Part shown: positions 48,140 to 61,600 of the stretch, in pieces
Numbering within the stretch: the first letter of the stretch is position 1
How the letters are laid out: each line of letters begins with the position of its first letter
Source of the DNA: Selaginella moellendorffii
Lineage: Eukaryota > Plantae > Lycopodiophyta
Direction: 5' to 3'
Length of the DNA stretch: 64,000 bases
NCBI RefSeq assembly: GCF_000143415.4
Contig: NW_003314306.1
Location: 463,698-527,697 of the forward strand
Notes under the pieces: generated by a model
What the model was told of the DNA's origin: nothing
Seen by the model: the letters and a program-made list of their open reading frames with translations, nothing else
Databases searched by the model: none
Program-made: the position numbers and the translations under genes

Positions 48140-50295
48140 CTATGGTCTACTTCTTCACTATGTGACTGCATCTTTGGTCATTACATTAGAGGATTGCTCC
48201 TTTTCCTTCCACCATCCAAGACTTTAGGACAACATTTTGGAACACTGTGGCCTTACACGAGCCTCATGGTCACTCTCCCCACTTTCCTCCTTTGGGTGCT
48301 TTAGCCATGGGGCTAGAGTGAGGTTCCGTTGAGCCACACTAGGTATCAAAATAAGTAATGCCACCCACGCTTGAACTGGGAGCATTGATTATTTAATCTC
48401 CTAGGAGGAATTAGAGTTAGCTCTTGAACACTCACTAAACTACCTTATTTGTTAGCACGTATTCACTCTAACCTTGGACTTCCCAATGGTTATTTCATCA
48501 CCCAACACTTGGGTACAACCTTCCTGGGCCAAATTAGCCTTTCCTAGCCAAACTAGCTCCATTAGGGTCTAACCCCCATACTCTCCCTACTATACCCCAT
48601 CTAAGGGACGATTGTTTTGGGCTTTCATCCAACAACCTGTATTAGTATTCGGACTTGAACTTAGACTTGGACTTGGACTCAGACTCAAACTTGGTCTCGG
48701 TCCCGGTTTTGGACTCGGACTTAGTCTCGGTCTCAGTCTCAGTTCCATCTCGAATTCCATTTCAGACTCCATTTTGGGTCCATCTCAGGTTTCATCTCGG
48801 GTCCATCTCAGACTTCAGCTCATGTCCATCTCAAACTCCATCTCAAATCCATCTCAGACTCTATCTCGAACTCCATCTCGGGTCTATCTTGAACTCCATT
48901 TTAGACTCTTCCATGTGTCATGTGTTGGTCCTTTTGTGTCCCCTTTTCTAGAGACTCATTTGTTTCTCATTTCATGCTCTATCCTCAAGCATTTTATTGA
49001 GAGGTCCACTCTTGCTCTTGACCGTTCGAGTCGGAGCTTTTTAATCCAAGTATGTTACACTTTTTTGGCTTCTGCCTCAGCCACTAACATATGGCACCCT
49101 TTTGGCTCCACTTTGGGGCTTAGGGATTTGTGTTTCACAACTTCACCACCCATAAATAAAATTTGATGTCCTCGTTGAACAATAAACCATTTTATAAAGT
49201 AACACCAGCATATATTACCCTTTTCATCTTTGGCACCTAGCTAATATTTATCAATAGTCTGACACTGAAGGCTCACCATACCTTGTCCATCCTCTAAGGA
49301 GTATAATCTCTCCAATTTAGAAACTCATTAAACCATTTATAGTAGTCCTTCTCTTTTTGTTTATTTAGTTCATGCTAAACGTGTTAGAGATACTGTCTCT
49401 ATTTTAATTTGAATACTCATTCAGGAATAGCCTCAACCTCTACCAACATAACTTTTGCACTTTGGAACTTTTAATTTTGACTTTTCAAATTTAATTCTCT
49501 AGGTGTCTCTAACACCTGACATTGCATGTGTTGTGCAAACTCAGCTTCCCTATCTTAAAAAGTTCTTTATTTGAGGGCACCATCATCCTCTAATCTATTT
49601 GGTGCCACTTTATGCACTAAGTTTCATTTTTCTATAATTTGTGTTAAAGTTGTCCACGGCCCTATCATTTGGCTACCTTGCCCTCCTTCCCTTAGAGCTT
49701 TTGCTTCGCTAAATTGGAGTATTTAGGAATCCATTCTTGGAAATATATTTCCTTTTCCACAATCTATTAGCACTAAACACATGAGTGTTCCTTGCCTAAC
49801 CTTTCCATTTAGATTCCTTCTAATGATTTCTATAGCCCATTCTTATCCCTTAGTTTTCTACTCTTATCCTTTGATTGTTGCACCAAGCAACATAGGATCA
49901 CTCCCTCCATCCTCGAGGTATCTTTTTAGTTCCATAGCAAATATTTTGTTTTGCCAAGTCCAAATGGTGTTCACCCCTAATAAATCTCTTTAGCATTTTC
50001 TGTTGTGGGCTCTATCCACAGCCCTACTTTGTGACCATCCCATGGATCTCTCCTAAAAACACATTTCTTTGGACTCACTATGCCATTGCATTGACATAAC
50101 TCATTTCCCTTTGGTATTCTTCCCACTTGGTCACTTTGACTAAACCATACCATTATTAACAGTTCAAATAAACACTTTAAACTAAGAACTTTATTCCTTA
50201 ACCTCACAAAGACATTATCCTTGCTCACCTAGTGATTTAGCCTTGACACCTTAACAGATTTACTAATCGGTACTAAGTCTTTCAGACTTTTAACT
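48140..50295 (-). mobile_element. Degenerate LTR-retrotransposon internal (gag-like) region, copy 1
   Basis: 48149-49088 is homologous to 53599-54357. It contains 6/12-bp (GGACTT / ACTCCATCTCGG) repeats, is CpG-depleted and has many stops. Confidence 0.6.
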
Positions 50296-50691
50296 TGTTG
50301 ACCATGACCCTGGGGGCATCCCCACACTTGGCAGTGCACCCAAGTTAGCCCTTCCGACCAAGGGTCCATAGCAACTAAGATTGAATGTCCCCATCTCATT
50401 CACCACGTCCTTGGTGCCACTTGCACCAAAGTTGTTCAAGTTAGATATATTGAGCTTTCACATTAAGCAATCTAGCCGTATTACGACTCCAGGGCATCCC
50501 CTATTTGGCGGTGTGCCCAAGCCAATCTCCTTACTGAGAGTCTATAACCACCAAAAAATGAATGTCCTTATATTCCAACCCATCACTATGCCCTAGTGCA
50601 TTAGGACTTGAACCCAAGCACTAAAGGGTTGGGACTCAAACCCAACCTCCATATATGCATTTATAGACGGCATCACCCAAGATGCCTAGCA
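50296..50691 (-). mobile_element. Putative LTR of the minus-strand gypsy-like element
   Basis: On the minus strand a PPT-like GGGGGAG precedes TG..., a TATA (TCTATAAAT) follows, and the segment ends ...CAACA. Confidence 0.4.
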
Positions 50692-53600
50692 TGACTCCCC
50701 ACACTAGTGCACTAATTTATACTTAAAGTGCATTACAAATCACAGCTTAGGAACTTAGTTTCTCCGTATTGCTAAATCTTTTCACTTAATAAGTTTGTGA
50801 TCATGCATAGATTCCTCTATGTTTGGCCCTATGGGCTACCCCTTTTGAAGTTAATACCATCAACTAAGGTATTTGTTCCCTCGAATTGCCAATATCGCTT
50901 AGCAAGTCATCTGACCACCGTAATATGGTTCATGCATAAGTGTGAAAGTCCTTAACCATCAATTTTCATTCAAAGTTATCCCTTTGAACACTCAGGAATT
51001 ACTTCCCCAATCTTAGTAGCCTTGCATTATAGCAAGTTTCAAGACCACGCTTCTACTGTGCCACTCCAATTTCACGTGTTCTATGAACCATTTACACTTC
51101 GTTTTTTAGGTACTAAGCTACCTAGAATTGTCTATGGGAACCTTGAAGGAACTCTATCCTTTAGCTTGTTAATGTTTCTCCTTTCACAAACTTTCTAATT
51201 GCCATATAATCTAACATGGACAATTTCGCCAATTATAACATACTTGAGCACCCATTTGATTCTTCATTCCCAACTCACATAACCACCTTTAGTTATGCCC
51301 TTCGATTTTTATAGTTCAGTTTTATCCCTTTATTACTTACTTTTTGGCCTCATACATTTCCTTCAGTTATTCTCCTCTAAACTAGAAGGATAGTTTTGCA
51401 TTTTCTACCATGCTTTAGCAAATCTTCTTAAGGATGAATCTACCTAATAGCTTAGGGAGTGGTTCCTCAATTCGGGTATGCTCACCTTGTAATTTCACAC
51501 ACTGGGATTAATGTGTAAGCAACCAAAAGGAACAATTCAAGAGACAATCTATAGAAGTTTAAATATAGAGGGAAAGGGCCCATGAATAAGAGTGCACCCC
51601 CTTTTCCAATCGGTTAAGGGTCTTGGGATATTTGGGGTTAAGCATCCTTGGGTTTGAATAGTACTGGGTTGGGTGACTTCTCAGGAAGTCTAAATTCAGG
51701 AGTTTATATTTGGTATTAGAGGGGTCTCGGACTCTGTTGGTTGGCTAAGGGAATCACACCATATATTAATTGACATCTAGCAGGTCCAATTTACTCCTAC
51801 TGGGCTCGACTCGGGGGGTAGAGTGTCAAGAGAGCGAGGCTCTCAAGAAAGTTGCGGTTCTCAACTTCTGTTCACGAGGGCATGAACTTGTAGGGAAGCA
51901 TGGTGGGTTGTAAGCAACAAAAGGGAACAATTTGCACCCCTTTTTCCAATCGGTTAAGAGTTTTGGGATATTTAGGGTTAAGCGTCCTTGAGTTTGAATA
52001 ATACTGCGCTGGGTGACCTCCTGAGAAGTCCAAATTTAGGAGCTTACATAATGTTGCTACTTATGGGCCTTTATATGCTTATCACTAGCCTTGATCCCTT
52101 TTTGGGTTTGTCCAATTCGGATATATAAACTTCTCCCATCTTTCCAACTTTAAACATTTGGATAGCATTTATTATCCATCATTTGCTAAGGATTTAGTCC
52201 CTTAGGCCTTATCTACTGCCCTCATAACATTAAACACCACTTCCTAGTATTTTAGAATGTTTGAATGTCCCAATGATAGCCTTCTTTAATAATGAGCATT
52301 CCCTTTACGATATTGATTAATTATATTGCAATATAAATAATTTATCCCTCATAAAGGTATATTTAACTTTCTTATCCCAATAAGAAGTTTTGGGTAGTTA
52401 CCTTCTACCAATTTAATCAATTATTTTGCACCTTTTACTTAGTTGCTTAATAGTTGTCAAGTCCTATAACTCATTGTTGTTGCCTCCACACCTTTATCAT
52501 TATTTGAGTCACCACACTCCAATTATATGCCCTCCAATTTAGGCTATACCATTTCCATTTCCATTAGAATTTCTTTGGGAAGGGGTTCTCATGAATCTGC
52601 CAACTTGACCTCAAGGCATCATGCCTTGGCACATTTTGTGTCTCTACACTATCGGCTCCACGAGCCTAACTTTATGACACTTCTTACTTATGTTTAGATC
52701 TTTGCTAAAACAAATATAGTTGTTTCTCATGCCAATTATTTGTTAGCACTGCATTATAGAGTTTACACACAACTTTGTGTTAAAGTTATTTTTTTTTGGA
52801 AACACCTTTCCCACGGCTTTAGTATGGCACATTTTGCCATCAATAAGATACCCACTACTATTATACTTGGATCTTATGATCCTCCCCATCCTTCGTGAGG
52901 CACAATACATCTCAGTCCAAATGTTTTTACCAATCCCTTAGAACCATTCCTTAACTCTACTTGAGTTATTCAGCTTTTTGCACTTTGTTAATCCGATAAC
53001 TCGTAAGCTTCTACTTTTGAGATGCCAACTTACTGGAATACAACTTTTTGTATTCATGTCCTACTCATAAGGACCTTCACTGTAAGTGTTACTCCAACAC
53101 TTAATTATTTTCCATTTCCTGTGGGCTACCTTTGCCTCTTAGAACTATCTGTTTATATGATGAAAATACTAATTCATCCTCTAAACACACCCCCAACTCT
53201 TTAGGTTTGTTCCAGCATTTATAAAAGGTAGCCCTGGCTACCATTTCAAAGACTTGTGTTCTTATATGTATTCAGTCATTAATTCTGGTCTCAAATTCAT
53301 TAGCCTCAACTATATATGGATAATTTTATGACTCCTTTATTGTTTTGGAGTTTTTATCTTTCTCGTGATCCTAATTATAGTTGTTTACCACAACTATATT
53401 AGCTAGTTTACTAAATTAAATGCTCATCTAGATCACATCCTCAACATTCTTAGGATGCCCACAGACATAGAGAATAACCTTCCCCAATATCCCTTTTTCG
53501 GTCCTCACTAAATCCCTTTCTATCCATGGTTGTGTTTGTCAACACTGCCACTGGATCAAGGCCCATAGGCCTAACCACTAAGTCCTCTTGTTCTCTGGAA

Positions 53601-54357
53601 CTTCCTCACCATATGACTGCATCTTTTGTCACTACACCAGAGGACTCCTCCTCTTCCTTTCCACCATTCGGGATTTTAAGATAACATTTCGGAACATTAT
53701 AGCTCTACATGGGGTTCATAGGTACTCTCCCCACCTTCTACCTTTAGGTGCTCTAGCCATAGGGCTAGAGTGAGGTTCCATTGAGCCATACCAAGTATCC
53801 AAGTAGGTAGTGCCACCCACATTTGAACTAGGAGTATCGACCATTCGATCTCCCGGGGGGAACTAGAGTCAGCTCTTGAACACTTCACCAAGCTACCCCA
53901 CTTGTCAGTTTCTATTCACTTTAGCATTGAACTTTCTAGTGGTTATCTCATCACCCAGCACCTAGGTACAACCTTCTTGGGCCAAAGGGCCAAATTAGCT
54001 CCACTAGGGTCCAACCCCTACACTCTCCCTATTATACTTTTGGAACCCCTTGTAGCTCCCCAGGGAACGATCACTTTGGGCTTTCACCCATCAGCTTGTA
54101 TTAGTATTCAGACTCAAACTTGAACCTTTAGATTCCATCTCGAACTCCATCTCGGGTCTATCTCAGACTCCATTTCAGACTCCATCTCAGGTCCATGTCA
54201 GACTCCATCTCAGGTCCATGTCAGACTCCATCTTGGACTCTTCCACATGTCATGTGTTGGTCCTCTTATGTCCCCTTTTCTAGAGACTCACTTGTTTCTC
54301 ACTTCATGCTCAGTCCTCAAGCATTTTATCGTTTGGCTTCCGCCTCAGCCACTACCA
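50692..54357 (-). mobile_element. Degenerate gypsy-like gag-pol remnant (copy 2), interrupted by a Cassandra TRIM
   Basis: The gag-like segment is shared with 48149-49088. Heavily mutated pol-like sequence lies downstream. Confidence 0.5.
51514..52048 (+). mobile_element. Cassandra-type TRIM (non-autonomous LTR element with 5S-rRNA-derived LTR core)
   Basis: LTRs at 51514-51708 and 51909-52048 (TGTAAGC...CTTACA), PBS TGGTATTAGAG (tRNA-iMet type), PPT AGGGAAGCATGGTGGG and 5-bp TSD TAATG. 5S-like core at 51636-51690. Confidence 0.9.
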
Positions 54358-54891
54358 TGTAAATATATCCCAAAATATCCCAATACCCTAACCGATTGGA
54401 AAAAGGGGGTGCATTCTTGTTCATGGGATCTTTCCTTCTATATTTGAAACTTTATGGATCATCTCTCAAGTCATTCTTTTTGGTTGCTTACAATCCACCA
54501 CACTTCCTTACAAGTTCATGCCTCATGAATGGAAGTTGAGAGTTGTAGCTCTCCCAAGAGCCTTGCTCTCTTAACACCCTACCCCTCGGGTTGAGCCCAA
54601 TCGAAGCAAATTGGATCTGCCAGATGTCAATTAACATAAGGTGTAATTCCCCTAACCAACCAACAGAGTTGGCCCCAAGACCCTTCTAATACTAAATGTA
54701 AGTTCCTGAGTTTGAATTTCCCAAGAGATCACCCAACCCAAAACTATTCAAACCCAATGACGTTTAACCCCAAATATCCTAAGACCTTTTACTGATTGAA
54801 AATGGGGGTGCACTCTTGTTTATGGGTCCTTTCCCTTTATATTTGAACTTATATGGATTGTCTCCCTAGTCATTTCCTTTGGTTGCTTACA
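54358..54891 (-). mobile_element. Second Cassandra-type TRIM (3' LTR internally deleted)
   Basis: LTR at 54697-54891, a ~200-bp internal domain homologous to 51709-51908, and a short LTR at 54358-54492. No matching TSD. Confidence 0.85.
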
Positions 54892-55861
54892 CTAGTATCA
54901 AGTGAACCCTTTGATGATACTCCCGAAAAAAAGATAGATGGGTCATTGACTTATTCACACAAGTACCCTCCACTACTGATGCAACTCTTTATTTCCAGAA
55001 AGTATTTTAGTATTTAGACCTTCTATTGTAGCAACACTAATAGGATGTTGTTAATGCTAAGGTCTCCACCCACAAAATAGAGTTTACCAATCTGGAAAAC
55101 GCTAACAACACTGATAAGTGTGATCAACTTCATCACACATTTAACAGTGGATATCACAACCACGACCATATCCTCCCCCTTGTCCTGTAACTCGGCTAGC
55201 ACCATAATCAACCTCCATTGAAACAAAATTATTTCCCATAGGAAATGGAGTTAAAGGATGTGTAACAAGAAGTGGAAGAGATGACGTTTCATAATTGTCA
55301 AGGGTGGCTAGACTAAATCTATATACAAATCTTATAAGATTTTGATGAAAAATTGGCCACAACATTCCTAACTTCATCTGCTTCGACATATTTAGCTCCA
55401 CACGAACCAATTTAGACTTTCAATTTTTTTAATTGCATCAATTGAGTATACTTTTTTATTATTGATTTGGCACTTAGCTAATGATATATCAATATAGTTA
55501 GAATGTGGGATTGGACATGTGGGATAAAGCACTACAAGTCTAATCTAGCATAATTAACTGATATTCTTTTAAAAATTACATTCAGTTAAACCTTCTAATT
55601 GATATAGTGGGAAGGTATAATTGGAGTTTTAGTATAAAAGTTCCTTAAATACCTCAGCCCTAACAAAATGATAATAGAAGGTAAAACAAGTTCTAACACA
55701 ATTAATAGTACAATATCAATACAAAAATTAAAAGAACATTACTAAGAATCTTTAAGCTTAGATATAATCTAAAAGTTAAGTAGTTAAATATTTAAAATTA
55801 ATCTATAAAGAACATTTAAATTATAAATTATTATAAAATATATTTAATTTTATTCATTAGT

Positions 55862-56755
55862 ATGATTAAGAATATATTGATTCTTTTATCTTTTATTTAT
55901 TTATGTCATACAAAATATAATCCATATGTTGAATGGGGGAGAAATGGTTCTTTACTTGATGATGAAATTGGAATGATTGTTCATGATGGGTTTAGTGTTC
56001 TTGCAGATCAAATTTCATGGGGAAGAAACCCTGAATATCCAAGTAATTATGAAAATATGCATGGTATTAAGTTTGATAGGGGTTTCATTTTTGTAATTTT
56101 TCAACGACTTGATGGAAATCCACCTTATTGTTCATCAGGAAGAGATTCAAACATAAAAGTAACAGGTGATTCATTAAGAAATGGATTTATGAGTCTTTTA
56201 AATAATTATCATAATGATATTATTACTGCTCGTTCAACTAAATGTAGAATTGCTTTAAGAAAGTTCTGTATTGAATATTTTGTCATCTTTAATCATATTA
56301 ATATTTCTGAAGTAATTATATCCAGTAAGTATATACCAAATAATCCTATAAGTCATGATTGTGATATTACTTTAACTACTTTGAATGTTGGGTTTAAAAA
56401 CAATCTTATTTATACAGGACAATTTATATCATCTCAAAATCAAAAGAATATTTTATATCTACGATCAGATTGTACTATTACTTTATATTCAGAGAGAAAT
56501 CTTTTATGGGAATCTGATAATGATGAAAAATATTATGGTGTTTGTATACTTATTCTTCAATATGATGGTAATCTTGTTTTGTATACTGAAAAAAAACAAG
56601 TAATATGGTCTATTAAGAAGTATTGTTTAAATTGTTTTATTATTACTTTTCTAACTGTACAAAATGATTGTAATTTAGTTGTTTATGAAGCAAAAGCACC
56701 TAATAAGGTTTGGTGGACAACAAATACAAATAATCATCTTGGTTGTCTACAATAA
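55862..56755 (+). CDS. Secreted protein with C-terminal bulb-type (GNA/B-lectin) mannose-binding domain and unknown N-terminal domain
   Basis: Intronless 297 aa with a hydrophobic signal (MIKNILILLSFIYLC). QxDxNxVxY sites QYDGNLVLY and QNDCNLVVY; LYTGQFISS...W.(S/T).N/T B-lectin signatures. Confidence 0.8.
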   Translation: MIKNILILLSFIYLCHTKYNPYVEWGRNGSLLDDEIGMIVHDGFSVLADQISWGRNPEYPSNYENMHGIKFDRGFIFVIFQRLDGNPPYCSSGRDSNIKVTGDSLRNGFMSLLNNYHNDIITARSTKCRIALRKFCIEYFVIFNHINISEVIISSKYIPNNPISHDCDITLTTLNVGFKNNLIYTGQFISSQNQKNILYLRSDCTITLYSERNLLWESDNDEKYYGVCILILQYDGNLVLYTEKKQVIWSIKKYCLNCFIITFLTVQNDCNLVVYEAKAPNKVWWTTNTNNHLGCLQ

Positions 56756-57229
56756 TAATAGTTAAAAATCTATGAACTAAATTATAATTGATTTCAGTTT
56801 ATTGTCTAATTGTGTAGTAGCATAATGCATTAATTATAATAAGATATATATTCATATTAAACATATATTCAGTTCCAATATTATATATAAATTTATTATT
56901 TAAGCATCTATCCTTAATCTACCTAGCTTTTACAAAAATATAAAGACACACTTTTAAGGTCAGGTATGTTTAGATCAAGAGAAATTAATGATTTATAAAT
57001 TTAGATCAAAGTTAAGAATAAAAGAAAGACAAAATATTCTACATTCTGACCAAACACTTGGCTATTTCATATATAATTCCTTGTCCAATGGTGAATTCAG
57101 AAAAGCTATTTTCATGTCCATATTATAGGTGTGAAAATTAAACTAAGCTGCAAAAGTTATGTATGCTTGTGGCCTTGGGAAGTGGACATCTAAAATTGGT
57201 GAGAAACCTTGAGCCATGTACCTATATAA

Positions 57230-57480
57230 TATTGACTTTGTTTTATGGGAATTGAGCTTTTCCTCCATGACTTTCTACCAGTTTTCAGCCTCAATGTTAT
57301 TAATGACTTCTTTGTACATTTGTGGTGCTTGTATTGACACCAAAGAGAAAATTGGCCAAGACTTCTGTGAGTAAGTGGATTGACTAAGGTGATCTTCACA
57401 AAAATCATTGAGATTGAATACCAAATCCCTCATCAACTTCTCTTCTTCTGGGAGTCTATCAAGTTAGTGTCCTTTGAAAC
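57230..57480 (-). mobile_element. Ty1/copia pol fragment (pre-RT region)
   Basis: A minus frame reads PQMYKEVINNIEAENW*KVMEEKLNSHK, matching copia EPxTYxEA...W..AM.EE..SL. Confidence 0.55.
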
Positions 57481-58699
57481 TAAAAGATTTAGTTTTTCAA
57501 GAAATTTATAATATTTTAGTTATACTTTAATTTTATTAAATTAGTTAGCCATATTACTTTGAAATAAAGTTTTCTAGTTTTAGGCTTGTATTGCCCAAAT
57601 TGCAAGATCTGATGTAATGTTTATTCATACCCATTGGATAAGTTTTATTAAAATTAATTCAACTTGGAATCTTAAAACACTCAACAACTCAATCAAACTT
57701 ATGTCTCTCAAGCATTAAACCTTGGTTGTAGAGTTTTAAAAAACTTAAATCTACAAAGATGCATAATAGTACTTAAGTACTAATAACATTTCCATATCCC
57801 AGAGAACAAAGGGACTTAGTGGTTGGACCTATGGGCCTTGATCTAGTGGCAATGTTAGCAAACATGGCCATGAACAAAAAAAGACTTGGTGGGGACTGAA
57901 AAAAGGATATTAAGGAAGGTTATTCCCCATATCTGTGGGCATCTTAAGGATGCTGAGGAGTGGATATGGGATGACCACTCATGGACAGATGGCCCAGTCT
58001 TTGAAAGATGGGACTGTGATGTAGATGGTGTCACGTGAAGCACTTGGACCAAGTGTAAAGGTTGAGTGGCATGGATGCTATTATTGAGGCTAGCAAGCCC
58101 TAAGTCCTAAATTAGACTTATGAAAGTTGTGAATGAGACTCTTTCAAGTGGTCGGAGGCGTAGTTAAGTGACTAAAGTAAAATAGAAAAATTAATCGCTT
58201 ATAATTAGTTCATCAAGTGTTTACTTTTTAAGCTCATTTCTATAACAAGAGGTCTTTTATTATTCTCTCCGTGTTAGTTAATATAGCTCGAGTTTATCTT
58301 CTATTGCTCAGTTTGTTACCACATGTTGCCATCTACATTTGCATTGTGTAGTAAAGTTAGTTTTCATTCTGTGTGGCAATGACCATACACACGTATGTGT
58401 ACGGGATGAGGTGGATCTAGTTGTGTGTATGAGTGATCTCGAGGTTGAGTTACAATCATTGTGGGTAGTGCTGAGTTAAGCTTTTAACCTCATCCTTGGT
58501 ATGGATTAATTGCAACGCAATCATGTTAAATATGATTTTAATACTTCTCTTCTTTGTTTTATACTTCTTTATATTTCTTCCATTCCTCTTATTTCTATTC
58601 TTCTTCATCCCTCTGCTCTTACCTCTACTTCCATCACTTTTATTTAACTATTACTTCTTCCTATGTTTCCATTTTGTTTCTCTATTCCCTTTTCCGATC

Positions 58700-61600
58700 C
58701 CTCTGATGATCTTTGTGTTGTAGCAATTGACTAGCTTATGAAGGAGTATGTTAAACTCTTTGAATTTGATTTGTCGTTTGGAGCTAAGATTGCAACATAT
58801 CATTCTATTCCAACTGGGGGATGCTCATTTAATCAAGGTTTATATTTGTCATTGGTCACTAAAAAGATTTAAGATTTTATGTATAAATGTTAAGGAGATA
58901 TTGGAAAAGGGTGTTATTTAAAAGTTATGGAGTTCTTAGGCATGTGAACCTCATCTTGTGATAAAGTTTGATAGGAACATTTATTCTGCATTAACTATCG
59001 TTTGTTAAAAAAAGTGACAATCCTAAATGTGTACCCTCTTCCTCATACTAATGATCTCTTGGATTGTCTGGGGAAAAGTTGTTAGTTTATCAAGTTAGAT
59101 CATACTCTAAGTATTAGCAAATGCCAATGGCTAAAGAAAATATTTTTAATATTACTTTTCATACACCAATTGGTTTGTATAAGTTTTTGGTGATGTTATT
59201 TGGTTTGAACAATGTTTCAATAAATTTGTAGTGAATGATGGATGATGTTTTTTGTGACATGTCGAAAGTGACTACTGACTTCATCAATAATGTCTTGATC
59301 CACTCAAAGGGGATGTGAGAGGAACACATCCATCATGTTTGTAAGGTGTTGGATCAACTATGGGAAACTAGTTTAAAACTAAAGTAGTTAAATTGCATAT
59401 TTAGGTCCAAGGACATAATTTATCTTGGTTACCATATTTTCTTGTGAGGGCTTACAAGTTGATCCTGTCAAACTTATGGCTGTTTTAAAATTCCCTACTC
59501 CAAAATGTGTGAATGACGTGTTAGACTTCTTAGCCAAGGTGTAGTATTTATGTTATTTTGTTGATCATCTTTTTTATCCCATTATAGCATTTCAAGCATT
59601 GCTAAAGTTATCCACGTCATTTTTCATTTGGTTTATGGACTGTGAGTGGGCATTTATGAATTTCAAAAAGTTAATGACGACTTCTCCAATTTTGGTGTAT
59701 CCTGAGTACACTTGACCTTTCATTTTGTGTGTAAATGCTTTTAATATCAATTTTGGAGGTGTGTTGATACAAAAGAGCTTGATTGTGCCTAGTCAGTGCT
59801 ATCCTATTGCATACATTAGCCGTACATTACAACTAGCAAAGGTGAAGTACTCCATGATAAAAAAGGAGTGTTTAACAATAGTTTGGGGTTTTGAGAAACT
59901 TCATACATATTTATGGCTCTTAAACATTATTAGAAGGTGATCATGTTGCAATTACTTCATTATTGAAGTGGAAGAATTTGGTTGGTTGTACTACTCGGTG
60001 GGCTTAGAAGCTTTAAACATATGATTTTGAAGTTATTCATCACCCAAGGAGTTTTATAGTTGATCCCTTTCTCAAGCTCCTTTTCCTTCTTTACTTTCTT
60101 CTCATATTTTTGATAAATCTGTTGTTCCAGGTCCTCTAGATTTTTTAAACAAGGATTCTGTGCTCTTAGTGGTTGTTGTACTTGACGTTTAGTGTCCATA
60201 AAGTGTAGAGCAAGATTTACCTTCTCTTGACAAGGTTCATGTGATTCAAAAGATTAAGCTATAGATTCAAAAACTTTGTGATAGATTTGAGAATCCTGCA
60301 TCACTTATTGATGATTTGCCATTTCAGCATTTATATTTTCATATCGCCTTGAGGATGGTTTTTTTTTTTTTTTTTGTGAGGATAGATGCTGATGATCATT
60401 TATGGCTAGTGGTGCCTTCAATCTTTATTCCATGCTTTCTCCATATCTACCATGATTCTCCTATTCTAGATGGGCATATAGAATATTGTCGTGTGGCTAA
60501 GAAATGTAACCTCTTAAATTTAGACTTCCCGGGAGGTCACCCAGCCCAATACTATTCAAACCCAAGGATATTTAACCCCAAGTATTTTAATACCCAAGTA
60601 TCTTAGTATGGAAATGGGGGTGCACTCTTATTCATAGGCTATTTCTTTTTATATTTGAATCCCATGGATCGTTTCTCAAATCATTATCTTTAGTTGTTTA
60701 CAAGAAATTGCATAGGTTTTTCTATTAGCCAAAGATGCAACGTGGTGTTATGCATAGCTGCATTTGGTGCCAAGCTTGTAATACTCCTCTTATGCTATGG
60801 AAAGATGGTTAGAGTCAATTGCAATTTTTTATTTGTTTGAGCTTGTGGCATTTGATTTAATGGGGCTTTTTCCACAATTAACTGCTAGCAATGAGTATGT
60901 CATTATTGCTTCTGACTACTTGACTTGCTAAGTGGAAGTTAGTGCTCTTGCTAATGCATCTGCAATTGTTGTTAGATACTTCCTCCTCAATCGAATAATA
61001 TTTTAGAATTTCTATCCAAAGCTGATCCTTTTGGATAATGGTCTTACATTTATAACTATATTGGAGATACACCACACTTTCATGAGTGTTTATCATCCAC
61101 AGTTAGGTGGTTGGTGGAATGGCTTGTTTGGACTTTCAAAGGGATGATTGCAAAGTACATGAAGCCTTAGCATTTGGATTGGGATGGTTATTTATTATTT
61201 CTTTAGTATGTGTATGTCACAAAGGTGTAGAGTTCTATTAATGCTTCACCATCCTATATTATCATAATCTAATACTATAAATGAAGTTGGGTTTATCTTC
61301 GCAATTGCCACAAGCTGCTGATGTTAGGTCATGGGATTAGTATTTGATGAGCATTCTTCCACTTGTCTGAACAAAGTTTGTTGAACACTTGGGCCACATA
61401 TAAGTGGGACAACAATGGCACTACAACTCCTATTATCGTCCACCTGCAAAGTATAAAGTAAATGACTTGGTGTTAGTCCATTTTCCCAAATCTTACAGTA
61501 TATGGTTTATCTAAAGGTTCCTTGCTCAGTGGAAATGACAGTATTGGATGTTGCAACAAGTGGGATCACAAGTTTATAAAGTTCAATATGATGTCCAACA

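Noticed and set aside
48612-49166. 184-aa Leu/Gly/Ser ORF
   Set aside because: It is an artefact of 6/12-bp repeats on the antisense strand of a retroelement.
51636-51690. 5S rRNA gene
   Set aside because: Only the ~55-nt internal promoter portion is present, embedded in LTRs. There is no 5' half or terminator.
55420-55861. Giant-virus early promoter upstream of the lectin ORF
   Set aside because: No exact AAAATTGA was seen, and near-matches are expected by chance in AT-rich DNA.
57780-58160. Possible chromodomain + LTR + PBS
   Set aside because: PPT-like and TG..CA-like signals exist, but no convincing protein motif or second LTR copy supports them.
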